Shown: positions 45,601 through 55,081 of the stretch, piece by piece
Layout: every line of letters begins with the position of its first letter
How positions within the stretch are numbered: the stretch's first letter is position 1
Source of the DNA: Savitreella phatthalungensis
Taxonomy: Eukaryota
Length of the DNA stretch: 64,000 nucleotides
Direction of reading: 5' to 3'
Assembly (NCBI GenBank): GCA_051599415.1
Contig: AP039693.1
Location: 434,001 to 498,000, forward strand
The notes under the pieces: generated by a model
What the model saw: the letters and a program-made list of their open reading frames with translations, nothing else
What the model was told of the DNA's origin: nothing
Database searches by the model: none
Position numbers and translations under genes: made by a program

Positions 45601-46740
45601 CGCTGGAGTGCCAACATTCCGGATCTGCCGCCCCGCAAAGTACTTCAGCTGTTTCACGATAGCCTCAAACGGCTGCCCAGCATGCTCACCGTACTTGGAC
45701 GGAGCTGCGTGCTCAAGCTGTGATTCTACCTCGCTCAGGGTCGTGTTGGCACCGATAATGACCTTTGCCTCATCAAAACGCACACCTTTGAGCTCTCCAA
45801 CATCGCCTGCATAAACACTCAGGTTGTACTGCACATGTTTGTACTTGATCTCAACCTGGATCTCGGAAGAGCCAGCGGTGATCTTTGCCGCCGACCCAGC
45901 GACATCTTTGATCTCCAGTAGCTCATCGAGATTGGTAGGCCGGATCCACGTCTTGCGCTCGTTTCCAAAGCACAGAGTCCTTGGTTCGTATCGCTTGAGC
46001 GCAGGAGGGAAGAGCAGCTCGGTCGTTGGATCGTATGGCTTGAGCTCGACCTTCGGAAAATGTCTGTGTGTCGGAAGCTCAAGTTCTCTGGGTCCACTAC
46101 AGCCTCCGGAGCCTCCCATCTTGCAACACTTGTCACCCATGGCACACCCAGCTGCATCGGCTGGCTTTTTAGCGAAGGTCCTCGCCGCATCAATGATGGG
46201 TCTGTAACCGGTGCAACGGCACAGGTTGCCATCGAATGACTCCTCTAGCTCCTCCTCTGTTGGCTCAGGATTGTTACGCAGTGTGGAGTAGAGTGACATG
46301 ACAAACCCCGGTGTACAGAATCCACATTGTGACCCGTGCAGCTTGGCAATGCGCTCCTGCGCAGGGTGCGGATTCCGTGAAGAGCCTATTGCCTCGACTG
46401 TGATGAGATGCTTTCCATCCAGGTAGACCAGTGGAGCAATGCATGCGTTAACAGAAGCATGATAGACCTTGCGCGTCACCTTGTCGTACTCTGCGACAAC
46501 GACTGTACAAGCACCACAACCTCCCTCAGCGCATCCTAGCTTTGTGCCGGTGAGTCCGATGGCGCGAATGTACTCAAGCACTGTAGACTCTGGATCAGGG
46601 TTCTTCAAGCTGATCTTGTTGCCATTGAGGTAGAATCGAAGCTCGTCTGACCATCCTCGTTGGCGTGCTAGAACCTTGATAGCATCTACAGGAGGTTGTT
46701 TGGCGGTTGGAACTTCTGGAAGAAGTATCCCAGGCGCCAT
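42667..46740 (-). CDS. hxA: Xanthine dehydrogenase (molybdo-flavoenzyme)
   Basis: 2Fe-2S motifs GTKLGCAEGGCGAC, QCGFCTPG and GNLCRCTGY; Moco-domain GGGFGGKE, AFRGFG and KGIGEP. 1357 aa, intronless. Confidence 0.96.
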   Translation of the reverse strand: MAPGILLPEVPTAKQPPVDAIKVLARQRGWSDELRFYLNGNKISLKNPDPESTVLEYIRAIGLTGTKLGCAEGGCGACTVVVAEYDKVTRKVYHASVNACIAPLVYLDGKHLITVEAIGSSRNPHPAQERIAKLHGSQCGFCTPGFVMSLYSTLRNNPEPTEEELEESFDGNLCRCTGYRPIIDAARTFAKKPADAAGCAMGDKCCKMGGSGGCSGPRELELPTHRHFPKVELKPYDPTTELLFPPALKRYEPRTLCFGNERKTWIRPTNLDELLEIKDVAGSAAKITAGSSEIQVEIKYKHVQYNLSVYAGDVGELKGVRFDEAKVIIGANTTLSEVESQLEHAAPSKYGEHAGQPFEAIVKQLKYFAGRQIRNVGTPAGALATASPISDLNPMLMATGSTLFYRRAGGSEEALPVTHFFTGYRQTALPDDAVLTRIEVPAAREHEYVRNFKQSKRKDDDIAIVTAGMRVKLSEDGVVEETALAYGGMAATTVMAPKTQAYLEGKLWADKATLEGALDTLQSEFDLPFGVPGGMAIYRRSLALGFFYRFWQDVRAKIAGELTSDAVAEIRRERMTSKRDLDPAIVNAKVVGQPMPHAAAMKQVTGEAKYCDDLPTLQNQLFGTMVWSSKAHAKLLSVDPSTALSMPGVVSWVNAADIRPGANLWGDVIKDEPYLAEEEVFCHGQPIGMVVATTYAESRLAAQAVGVKYEDLPAILTCDEAIAAESYHPYQKYIRCGLEMDEAFAQCDEIIEGESRMGGQEHFYLETQAVVVNPRGDEEYEIFTSTQNPMFTQLATAELLGIPSSRINVRVNRMGGGFGGKESRSVQLAAISALAASKVNRPVRCMLDRDADMISSGQRNPYMSKWRVGIKGGKLFAFDADVFNNAGWSLDLSGPTMDRCLSHIANCYSIPNVHVRGRCCKTNIHSNTAFRGFGAPQGSFLMEHMLEQVCDKLGVSSHDFRTLHLAEEGHKTHYGQKLIDWHVRRMWEEVQEESDFAARRKQVDAFNEKSEWKKRGLAIVPVLHGISFGALHYNQAGALVHVYKDGNILLAHGGTEMGQGLHTKMIQVCAEELDVPFDKVFVSETSTATVANASPTAASAGSDLNGGAIKDACRQIMERLQPFKDAQPDGTFDDWVKNAYYARVNLSANGFYKIPDIGYVWGSDNHTEDARPMYHYFTQGVGCAEVEVDCLTGDWQLFRADLKMDIGRSINPAIDYGQVEGAFVQGMGLFTMEESLWTSHNGQLFTKGPGAYKIPSARDIPRDFRVSFLKKADWKNLNTIQSSKGIGEPGLALGLAPFFALRDAVKQARLQHGDTSPLIFHSPATTERIRTSLSDPIAKRAHVSPRAGERDFFVHLP

Positions 46741-46931
46741 ATCTCTTGTAAATCAAGTCAGAACTGTCAAGTCAAGTCAAATCCGTTGAAGCGTGTTGAT
46801 GAGTGAAGAGCGTGACCTGAAGATGATGTTGGCCCGGTAAGAGGTTGAATGGTATACAGCCTGTTGACCACTCTGACTTTTGAAACGAGTGAAGACATGT
46901 ATGGTAAATCTTCAATTAGACGCGTGCTCGA

Positions 46932-47021
46932 TCGGATATGCCCGAGATGAATCTATCTGCAGTGGAAAGTGAACACTCACTTTATCTGAAGCTTGTGTGG
47001 AAGTCACAATCAAGTTTATCT
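46932..47021. promoter_or_regulatory. UaY/Ppr1-type TCGG-N6-CCGA site plus three HGATAR (AreA/NIT2-type GATA factor) sites
   Basis: TCGGATATGCCCGA at 46932-46945; CTATCT at 46953, TTATCT at 46982 and 47016; about 190-280 bp upstream of the XDH ATG. Confidence 0.65.
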
Positions 47022-47971
47022 GTCTGCTGATTGGCTGATACGACGGCTGTGGCTGATCTTCAGCTTCCTGAAACAAATTGTCCCACTTTCTGAAACACCT
47101 AAACTTTTGACCTGCTGTGGGTTCTCTCGATCTCAATATCCTTACTCTTCAACTGATCTGGCGGACGAGGACGCAGAGGAGTGTTGAACTCAAGACTCGT
47201 CCAACCGACTCTTGAATTGCTATAAAGCTTCTCAGTGGTTTATTCGGCGAGTACATGAGTGACTGACTTGGTAGCAGCTAGCTGCTCTATTGGATCCATG
47301 CATAGATCGATTGCTCGATCGAATGAGTCCCGAGACGATACAGCCATGCACAGCTAGCGAGATGTTTCTATCAGAGAGCTTGACGTTGACACCAGCCTGA
47401 ACTCTAATCAAATTTAGAAATGCTGCATGCTGGATGGTAAATGCATACATATGGGGAGCTATTCATCGTAACTTACTGTCCGAGCGAGTGTTGATGAGTC
47501 TTCGAGCGGAACTTCGGATCTCATTATGTCCGAATCAATCGATTTCTGAGAATCAACTCCAGCGAGTTCAGCCCGCTAGTCATTCATTCAGTCAAGCAAG
47601 AAGGCAGATAAAATGCAGCATATTCGTACAGTGTACTTATTCAGGCAGTCGAGCATATGAATGAGGATAGACATGGTGGGCCTTGCATTCAGATTCTCCT
47701 GCATCAATTTTCATACCCTGACGCAAACCACACACATGCGCATCTAACCACCCACGCAGCACAGCCGGACGGATGTCATGCCGCCGAACTCACCAGCTCA
47801 CCCACGCAATCACACAGTTCATACAACAAGCCTCGACAAGCTCCGACAAGCTCTGAAAGATCCACGAGACAAAACCTGCTGACCTGCTTACATAGCCTGC
47901 GTTGTTATCTCTGATCATCTTCACTCCGAACTCTCGATCGATACAGCCAGCATCTCTGATCGATCGAGGTC

Positions 47972-48957
47972 ATGGCGGTAGACACAAGAGCTTCCCAGAA
48001 GTCTACCGACTCCCCAGCATCATCCACAAGAGCCGCAGAAACACGAGCAAAGCGAGCTCTATCAACAGCAAATGAGCGTCAGGTCGATGCACTATCTACA
48101 GGTACGCATCATCCTAGCATCCTTCTCAAGTGCAGTCCTCGATGCGCATAACACATAATGATCAATTGATACAGAGAAAATAGCTACTGACGTCCCTCTG
48201 CAGATACCGAGAACGTCTACCTGTTCTATCCAAATCTAATCGGCTATGGTAGAGTCTTGCTCGCACTCGTCTCTCTCTACTACATGCCGTTTCACCCAAA
48301 GGTCTGTACCATTACCTACTGCGTCTCCTGCCTACTCGATGCATTTGACGGCATGGCAGCACGCAGATTCAACCAGTCGACAAAGTTCGGTGCAGTGCTA
48401 GACATGGTCACGGACAGATGCACCACAGGTTCGCTTCTGTGTTTCCTGTCATCGGCATATCCGCAGCACACGTTCATCTTCCAGCTGCTCGTGTCCATTG
48501 ATCTCGCCTCGCACTACATGCACATGTACTCTACCCTGAATCAAGGTGTAGCATCGCACAAGAAAATCCCGGAAGATCAGTCCTGGCTTCTCCGCTTGTA
48601 CTATGGCAACAACGTAAGTTATACCTGCCTTACCGCTTTTTCAATTCAATCGCGGACCACAGAGTTTCATCAGAGACTGACGGTCAGATTGTGCTATTTG
48701 CCATGTGCGCATTCAACGAGCTCTTTTTCGTCGCCTTGTACCTGCTTCACTTCCCCTCGAGGTCGGATTCTCCGCCAATCTTCGGCACACACTACGGCGT
48801 CGAGGTGTCATGGCCAATGTCGATCGCTGCAGTCTCTTTCCTACCCTGCGCTCTGAAGCAATGGATTTCCGTCGTCCAGCTCGTCAACGCCTCACGTGCC
48901 TTGGTGGAGCTGGACGTCGAGGAGCGTCGTGAAGCTCGCAGACTCAAGAGTCACTAA
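47972..48957 (+). CDS. PIS1: Phosphatidylinositol synthase, 3 exons
   Basis: Exons 47972-48101, 48204-48613 and 48688-48957. Introns GTACGC..TACTGAC..CAG and GTAAGT..GACTGAC..CAG. Spliced protein has ENVYLFYPNLIGYGR, DAFDGMAAR..FGAVLDMVTDR and NELFF. Confidence 0.95.
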
Positions 48958-49529
48958 CCTAGTCGAGCGAGTCAGCAGCATCCATCGCTTGCACCTCGCC
49001 TCCAAACAGGCTCAGCGTCGAGCTATCTCTATGTAGATTATGACATGCACAGCAAGTTGCATTCACCTGACAAAAAGCTGTCTCTACCAGTTGGTCTCCA
49101 CGGCCGAAGGAGTCACATGTTTTGAAAGAGTGATCATCGAGACTGACGGTGTTGTCCGACTTTGACTCTACAAAAACTGTGGGCTGGTCAGGGCAATTTG
49201 ACACCGTACTGTTTGGCTTCACAACCGGTCCCTCCTTTGACTCTGCTTCCTTTATGCTTCCTTTATGGTACCCGGAAGACGTAGCCGCGTGAGTGACGTA
49301 TGTGAGTTGTGGCCCACGGAACATCTCCCCTTAGCCTACAGTAGTATATGCATCCATGACTGGAAGATCTGTGCGCTGTATCTGTAGCCTGTGTGATATA
49401 AACACACAAATGAATTTAAAGTGTGCTCGTGAGTGTGATGAGCATATATGAGTAAATTATATTTGCGTGTGAGAGTGTGAGTGAAGTGAAGTTCAGATGA
49501 GCTCCATGCAGCGATTGAATGGAAATGTG

Positions 49530-49655
49530 ATCGATCGAATCTATCAACTCAAACTCAAATCAACTCAAACTCAAATCAATCAACATCAATCAATCAATTG
49601 AATCGATCGAATGATCGAATAAACGATCGAATGAACGAACGAACGAACGAATCAA
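49530..49655. repeat. Composite short tandem repeats upstream of the LAMMER kinase
   Basis: (ATCAACTCAAACTCAA)x2 at 49543-49574, then ATCA, ATCGA and ACGA runs. Confidence 0.75.
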
Positions 49656-50284
49656 CAGAGACGTTTTACTCTTTTGAATGCACGAGTAAAATGCACACCC
49701 GCTTATACACCACATATCCTCCCTCTATCACGAGCAATAAGGCAACTGATATGACGACAGTCTCACCATTCATCAGGTCACGCACAGCTCCCTTGTCCTC
49801 CTCAACCCCCATTACACCTTCTGATTCATTTGCGTAAGCCCAGAAGAAGTACCTGCTCAAGTCACAAGCATCACAGCGCTCTCTCTAAGCCTCTACAAGC
49901 CTCTACAAGATCGACAAACTCCACCGAAGTTGTCATTCCTACTACACCGACCAGCTACACCGCTCGCCGTTTTCCTGGCTCATATTCCCACACTCCAAGA
50001 ATCTTCGTTGATCGGAAGCACGCGTCACTCGATCTCTTACTGCGCTCGATGACTACACAGATCGGTTGTGGATCATTATCAGCTCGTATATTTGACTTTC
50101 AGCACATGAACAAGTGACCTTCAAGGCTCTCTTTGATTTTCCCTTTTGCAACTCTGGGCGTGTCACACTTAAGCAACAACACGAGACTTGATCTCATCAA
50201 ACCTGACCTTGCTTTTGCTTCCCGTCCCGCTTCAGCTTCAGCTTCTGCAGCTGTCTGAACGACACGCGCGCATACCAGCTTCAG

Positions 50285-52609
50285 ATGAACGATCCTCCAG
50301 TCCACAGCGCTGCATCAGCAGGTAGCAGGTCAGACAACATTGCCATCTCGCCCACAATCTCAACAGGCTCTAGGCATGTCGAGTCATCTGCACCGACCAC
50401 GTCGAACGCGCACATGTTCTACGGCGACACACGTGCTTTTTCCTATATGGACACTGGGGACTCCCAGCGCAATCCCTACGTCGCCTATTCCAATGCCTCA
50501 CAGCAGCCACAACGGATGCCCATACGGCACTCTGCTTCGTCAAGTGGCAGGGCAGACTACAACCCACAAGGGAGCGAGATAATCCTGATTGAAGACTCGC
50601 CCGATCCACAAAGGAGGCCACCGTTGGTGCCTCCGCCGCCAGCTCACGAGCAGCTGCAAGGCGAGATGTACGAGACAAGTCCGTATCGTGGACAATATGG
50701 CCACCAGGCCATCATCGGGACGAATCCGGGGACGCCAATCAACACCTCGCCGCAGCACATGCCCCCGATCAGCCACCCGGGTCCAGCAATGGCTAGCGGC
50801 GCTACGACACGCAGAATGGCTGCAGCAGCTGCAGCTGCAGCCGCTGGCGCAGCGGCAGCGACGACGCCTATGCGCGTACCAAATATGGTACACCAGAGTA
50901 CACAAACGCCGTATGGAATGGGGAATCTATCATCTTCTGCGCCGCAAGCAGGATACCTCTCAGGTGGTAGGCGCAGAGTCGTTCCACCTCCTCTGTACAA
51001 CTTTACCAATGTGCCGATATTCCCAGTGGGCGGCTACATGCAGAACACGCTTCAAACTCCGCCTGGCACCGCCTCACATGGCCTCATCAATGTGCCACCT
51101 GCTGTACCGGGATCTGCAGGTGCAACATTGTCCGCGTGGCAATCAAATTTCCCAAACCATGCGGTGCACACGCCGACAAGAGCGATGTCCGGTGTCGGGC
51201 TATTGATGACCGGTGACGCTCATGACAATGGTATGCTCCGTCTTCAGCAAGCACATCAGCAACAGCTTCTCCAAAACGAAGCGTATGCCCGACAGCACCA
51301 GCAGTCACTTGTCATGTCGGCACAGCAGCAGCCCAAGCGGAAGCGGGACGACCTCGCTGCGTTTGGCGTCAAGACCAACCAGCGAGAGGTCGCCGGTGAG
51401 AGTCATAGCGTATTGCAGCAACAGCGGCAGTACTACGATGACATGTACAATGGCACGCAGCAGCAGCCAATGACAAAGCCGAAGGCCAACAAGAATCGCG
51501 AAGTGCTTCTGCGGAAGGAGTACAGCTCTCATTTCGCCCAGGGAAAGATCTTTGACGACAAAGAAGGTCATTACAAGATTGTGCCCAACACGGCGCTTAC
51601 GTCGCGCTATCGGATTGTCAAGTTACTTGGGCAGGGCACGTTTGGAAAAGTGGTTGAAGCGTACGATACCCTTCGCAAGACCTCTGTCGCCATCAAGATC
51701 ATTCGAGCGATCCAAAAGTACAGGGACGCGTCAATGATCGAGCTCCGGGTGCTGAGGTCCCTGAACGAGAGTGATCCAAGCAACAAGAACAAGTGCATCC
51801 ACCTGCGCGACTGCTTCGACTATCGGAATCACGTCTGCATTGTGACGGACCTGTTGCAGATGAGCATCTACGACTTTCTCCAGCAGAACGAGTTCGCACC
51901 CTTCCCAGCTCGCCACATCCAAGAGCTAGCGCGGCAGCTTTTCACCAGCGTCGCATTCCTCCACCGCGAGCTACGGCTCGTCCACACGGATCTCAAGCCT
52001 GAGAATATCCTCCTGGTCGATGCAACATTCGCAGTCGAGCCCTATCCATCCGGTCAGTCACAATCGCGAACGAGACGCATCCTCCGATCGCCCGAGATCC
52101 GGCTGATTGACTTTGGCTCGGCGACGTTCGAGGACGAGTACCATTCAAATGTGGTCTCGACAAGACACTACCGCGCTCCTGAGATCATCCTCGGTCTCGG
52201 GTGGTCATATCCGTGCGACGTGTGGTCGGTCGGGTGCATCTTGGTCGAGTTGCTGCTGGGTGATGCTCTGTTCCAGACGCACGACGACCTCGAGCACCTT
52301 GCGATGATGCAGGTCGTCTGCGGTCGAATCGATGGCCACCTCGTCCGTGCGGCCTCTCAGTCTGCGAAGAAGCTCTTCAGGCCGTCTGGAAGACTGGACT
52401 ACCCGAATAGGGACACGAGCCGAAACGCTAGGAAATTCGTCAAGGACATGAGATCCCTTCCACAGCTACTCCCGCCCACCTCCAACTTCAACAACCACCT
52501 CTGCGACCTTCTCACCAAGGTCTTCATCTACGACCAAGCCAAACGGATCACCGCTACACAAGCTCTCGACCACGCCTTTTTCAGAACTCCGATTGACGTA
52601 GACAATTAG
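50285..52609 (+). CDS. lkh1: LAMMER (CLK/Lkh1/Kns1) dual-specificity protein kinase
   Basis: LGQGTFGKV, HTDLKPENIL, IDFGSA, STRHYRAPE and EHLAMMQVVCG, after a long disordered N-terminus. Confidence 0.95.
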   Translation: MNDPPVHSAASAGSRSDNIAISPTISTGSRHVESSAPTTSNAHMFYGDTRAFSYMDTGDSQRNPYVAYSNASQQPQRMPIRHSASSSGRADYNPQGSEIILIEDSPDPQRRPPLVPPPPAHEQLQGEMYETSPYRGQYGHQAIIGTNPGTPINTSPQHMPPISHPGPAMASGATTRRMAAAAAAAAAGAAAATTPMRVPNMVHQSTQTPYGMGNLSSSAPQAGYLSGGRRRVVPPPLYNFTNVPIFPVGGYMQNTLQTPPGTASHGLINVPPAVPGSAGATLSAWQSNFPNHAVHTPTRAMSGVGLLMTGDAHDNGMLRLQQAHQQQLLQNEAYARQHQQSLVMSAQQQPKRKRDDLAAFGVKTNQREVAGESHSVLQQQRQYYDDMYNGTQQQPMTKPKANKNREVLLRKEYSSHFAQGKIFDDKEGHYKIVPNTALTSRYRIVKLLGQGTFGKVVEAYDTLRKTSVAIKIIRAIQKYRDASMIELRVLRSLNESDPSNKNKCIHLRDCFDYRNHVCIVTDLLQMSIYDFLQQNEFAPFPARHIQELARQLFTSVAFLHRELRLVHTDLKPENILLVDATFAVEPYPSGQSQSRTRRILRSPEIRLIDFGSATFEDEYHSNVVSTRHYRAPEIILGLGWSYPCDVWSVGCILVELLLGDALFQTHDDLEHLAMMQVVCGRIDGHLVRAASQSAKKLFRPSGRLDYPNRDTSRNARKFVKDMRSLPQLLPPTSNFNNHLCDLLTKVFIYDQAKRITATQALDHAFFRTPIDVDN

Positions 52610-52667
52610 GCCCTCAACCACACCCAATAGGGGAGAAATGACATGACTCATGACTTTAAAGAGAGAT

Positions 52668-53675
52668 CTATCTACCTAGATCAGCGTCGTTGCCAACTGT
52701 CGATGGCGCCTCGCCGTGATTGCCGGAGTTGTCAGCGAAGGTGTCCCACTGATGTGGTGGTATGCCATGATGATCGACAGCTTCTGCCGCATCTCGATCG
52801 ACGAACTTGTCTCCATCGACGACGACCTCACCATCCCTGAGACTTCGCATCAACCGCATAAAGTCACTCGCTGCAAACTTATCATCAGTCTCGTCCCTGA
52901 GCGCATGGACCAACTCGCCTGCAGTCCTTGCCAAATCGTCCTGCTCCTTCCTAACCCCTTCCCGCTCGCCTACCTCGTGCGCCATCTCCTGATTGCCCAC
53001 CCCTAGCGATCTCATAATCGCCTCTCTCGTCCCTTCGCTCACGCGCTCTTCCATATCCATGTGGATGTGGGCGTCTGCCGGCAGCGCTTCTGCCTGTGAG
53101 AGCGGGTCGGCGTGTCTCTCGTCGTCCCGCAACCTCGTCTCTGCCAAACCACGCTCAGCCTCAGCAAAAGCAGCCTCATACGCCGCCCCATCCTCAACAT
53201 CCCTCACCCCACTCCGGACATCCATCATCAAAGGTCCAACACCGCCACCCATGTAACCCATCGGAAACACACCGCCCGAGGCGACATGCGTCCGCTGTGG
53301 TTGTTGTTGTTGTTGCTGCTGCTGCTGTTGGAATGCTAGGAAATCTAAACCCCAACCGCTGTGCGCCCTAGCCTGCTGGTGCTGCTGCTGGGGAATGTGT
53401 TGGTGTACGTGTTGGTGAGTAAAGTCGTTGGCCCAGGAGGATTGTGGCAGTGGTGCGGTGATATGGCGTAGGCGGTCGGCGTGGTTGTGATTGGTGCTGT
53501 TGTTGAAGTGGGCGGTGTGGGCGGAAGCGAGGGACCGCGTGGCGGTGTCACCTTCGCGGAAGGCGATCGGGCCAGAGGCGGAAGGGCGAGAGGTGTCTTG
53601 GTGCAGAGATCGGTCATGGTCCAGGTGAGAGCGGAGGCCCTTGAGCGCGTTGCTAGGCCCGCATGAAGCGTCCAT
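52668..53675 (-). CDS. PEX20: PTS2 co-receptor peroxin (Pex20/Pex18/21 type)
   Basis: N-terminal Cys (CGPSNAL), WxxxF motifs (WANDF, WGLDF), Pex7-binding KFAASDFMRLMRSLRDGEV, and no TPR domain. Confidence 0.8.
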   Translation of the reverse strand: MDASCGPSNALKGLRSHLDHDRSLHQDTSRPSASGPIAFREGDTATRSLASAHTAHFNNSTNHNHADRLRHITAPLPQSSWANDFTHQHVHQHIPQQQHQQARAHSGWGLDFLAFQQQQQQQQQQPQRTHVASGGVFPMGYMGGGVGPLMMDVRSGVRDVEDGAAYEAAFAEAERGLAETRLRDDERHADPLSQAEALPADAHIHMDMEERVSEGTREAIMRSLGVGNQEMAHEVGEREGVRKEQDDLARTAGELVHALRDETDDKFAASDFMRLMRSLRDGEVVVDGDKFVDRDAAEAVDHHGIPPHQWDTFADNSGNHGEAPSTVGNDADLGR

Positions 53676-54149
53676 GGGCGAGTGGGAGAGAAGAATCGCA
53701 CGTCTGGAGAGCTATCGGAATGGATTCTTGTGGAAGGTTAAGATGTCCTTGTGATGAAGGCAGAGTTGTGATACTCCACTTTTTCCCCCGGCATTTACCA
53801 ACTGGGAACATGTATATACGTACGTAGTGATAGCACATGTTTTGTGAGGCACGCACGTGTCAAATTTCACAGGGGAGATGAATCGTGAAGCACAGCACAG
53901 CACAGCAAACACATCATCCATGACAAAGATGACAGGGTCTACGGCAACGTGAACGCTGTTCCGAAGTCCATTGATGATCGTGTGTGTGGGAAGGGAGCAC
54001 AGTCTGAGAGGTTCTTTGGATGGAAGTCATGATGCCATTGAATGAAAAAAGAGAGAGGAAACAAGGTATCAAGCGAAGCTAGCTCTGCTGGTTGTGATAG
54101 TCAGATGTCCAGTAGCTTGTGCTTGTTTCTTTGACTGTTGCTCTTCGCT

Positions 54150-54797
54150 CTATGCCTCTGCCTCGATGGCGCGGGTGTAGATCTTCTGTGCGTGGTGGGT
54201 CTCGACCTCCTTGATGATGCCCTTCTCGGCAAGCTCGAGGAGAGCACGACGAGCGAGGGATCCGTTAATCTTGAGACGGTCGACCAGGACAGACACAGAG
54301 ACCAGACGGTAGGAACCGACCTCCTTGAACAGCTTGTCGTACTGGTTCTTGTCGAGCATGATGGCGTTCTGGCTGTGAGGGGTGTTAGTATCGGGCTCAT
54401 GAGTAATTCACATTCATATCAGCCATCGCGCATCGCAACAGCTCGAGTCGACAGGAGTCTGTCACATGGGGAGTACATGAGTTTGGACGTTATTGAGAGA
54501 AAGGAGGTCGCAGGCATGCGCTCCAGTGGGAGAAGCGCAGATCACCTGCGACCTGCCAACAGACTGTTGAAAAGCATTCTCACTCTGGACTTCCCCAAAA
54601 CACACACAGGCCTTCTTCCATCACCTGCTCTCCAAAAGAGCTCTTCCCGCTGTGGCCTGCCTGTGTATGCATGTATGTGACCTCGTCGTCGAGCTTGTAT
54701 CATCTGCGTGCTGGATGGTCCTGATATGATGAAGAGTTTCGAAAACTTACGCCTTCTCCTTGACCTTGCCCTTGCTCCACTTCTTCTTAGCTGCCAT
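54150..54797 (-). CDS. RPS25: 40S ribosomal protein eS25, 2 exons
   Basis: Exon 1 54797-54751 (MAAKKKWSKGKVKEK), intron 54750-54373 (GTAAGT..TACTAAC..CAG), exon 2 54372-54150 (AQNAIMLDK..LKINGSLAR..IYTRA). 89 aa. Confidence 0.96.
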
Positions 54798-55059
54798 TGT
54801 CGGTTGATGTGATAACCCTTTAGATTTCTTCTAGACTTGACTTTCAAGTAGACTAGCGGACGAGAGAGTGGTTGGGGAAGGCGCGCGTGCTCACTAGGTT
54901 TGAGAGGATTACAGAGAGGTCTGACGCCCTGGCTGACTGATTGACTGACTGGCTGACTAGGATCTCTGGAGGATGAGGCAGGTGCAGCTGGGATGGATGC
55001 TCAGGTGGGAACTCTCTGGCTGAGTGGACTGGCTGAGTGGAAGGTAGACCTGGTGATGG

Positions 55060-55081
55060 TAGGGTAGTGGGTAGGGTAGGG
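55060..55081. promoter_or_regulatory. Homol-E-like element upstream of RPS25
   Basis: TAGGGTAG at 55060-55067 and GGGTAGGGTAGGG at 55069-55081; the S. pombe Homol E consensus is AGGGTAGGGT. Confidence 0.5.

Noticed and set aside
41669..46740. AlkB gene as a XanA-type xanthine hydroxylase clustered with XDH
   Set aside because: XanA belongs to the TauD family, whereas this protein has AlkB motifs.
52643..52651. Perfect ATGACTCAT site
   Set aside because: It lies between convergent 3' ends, so it is unlikely to be a promoter element.
54373..54750. H/ACA or C/D snoRNA, or RNase P/MRP RNA, in the RPS25 intron
   Set aside because: I found no H box between the hairpins, no convincing C/D pair and no matching P4 partner strand. 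An Rfam scan is still needed to exclude it.
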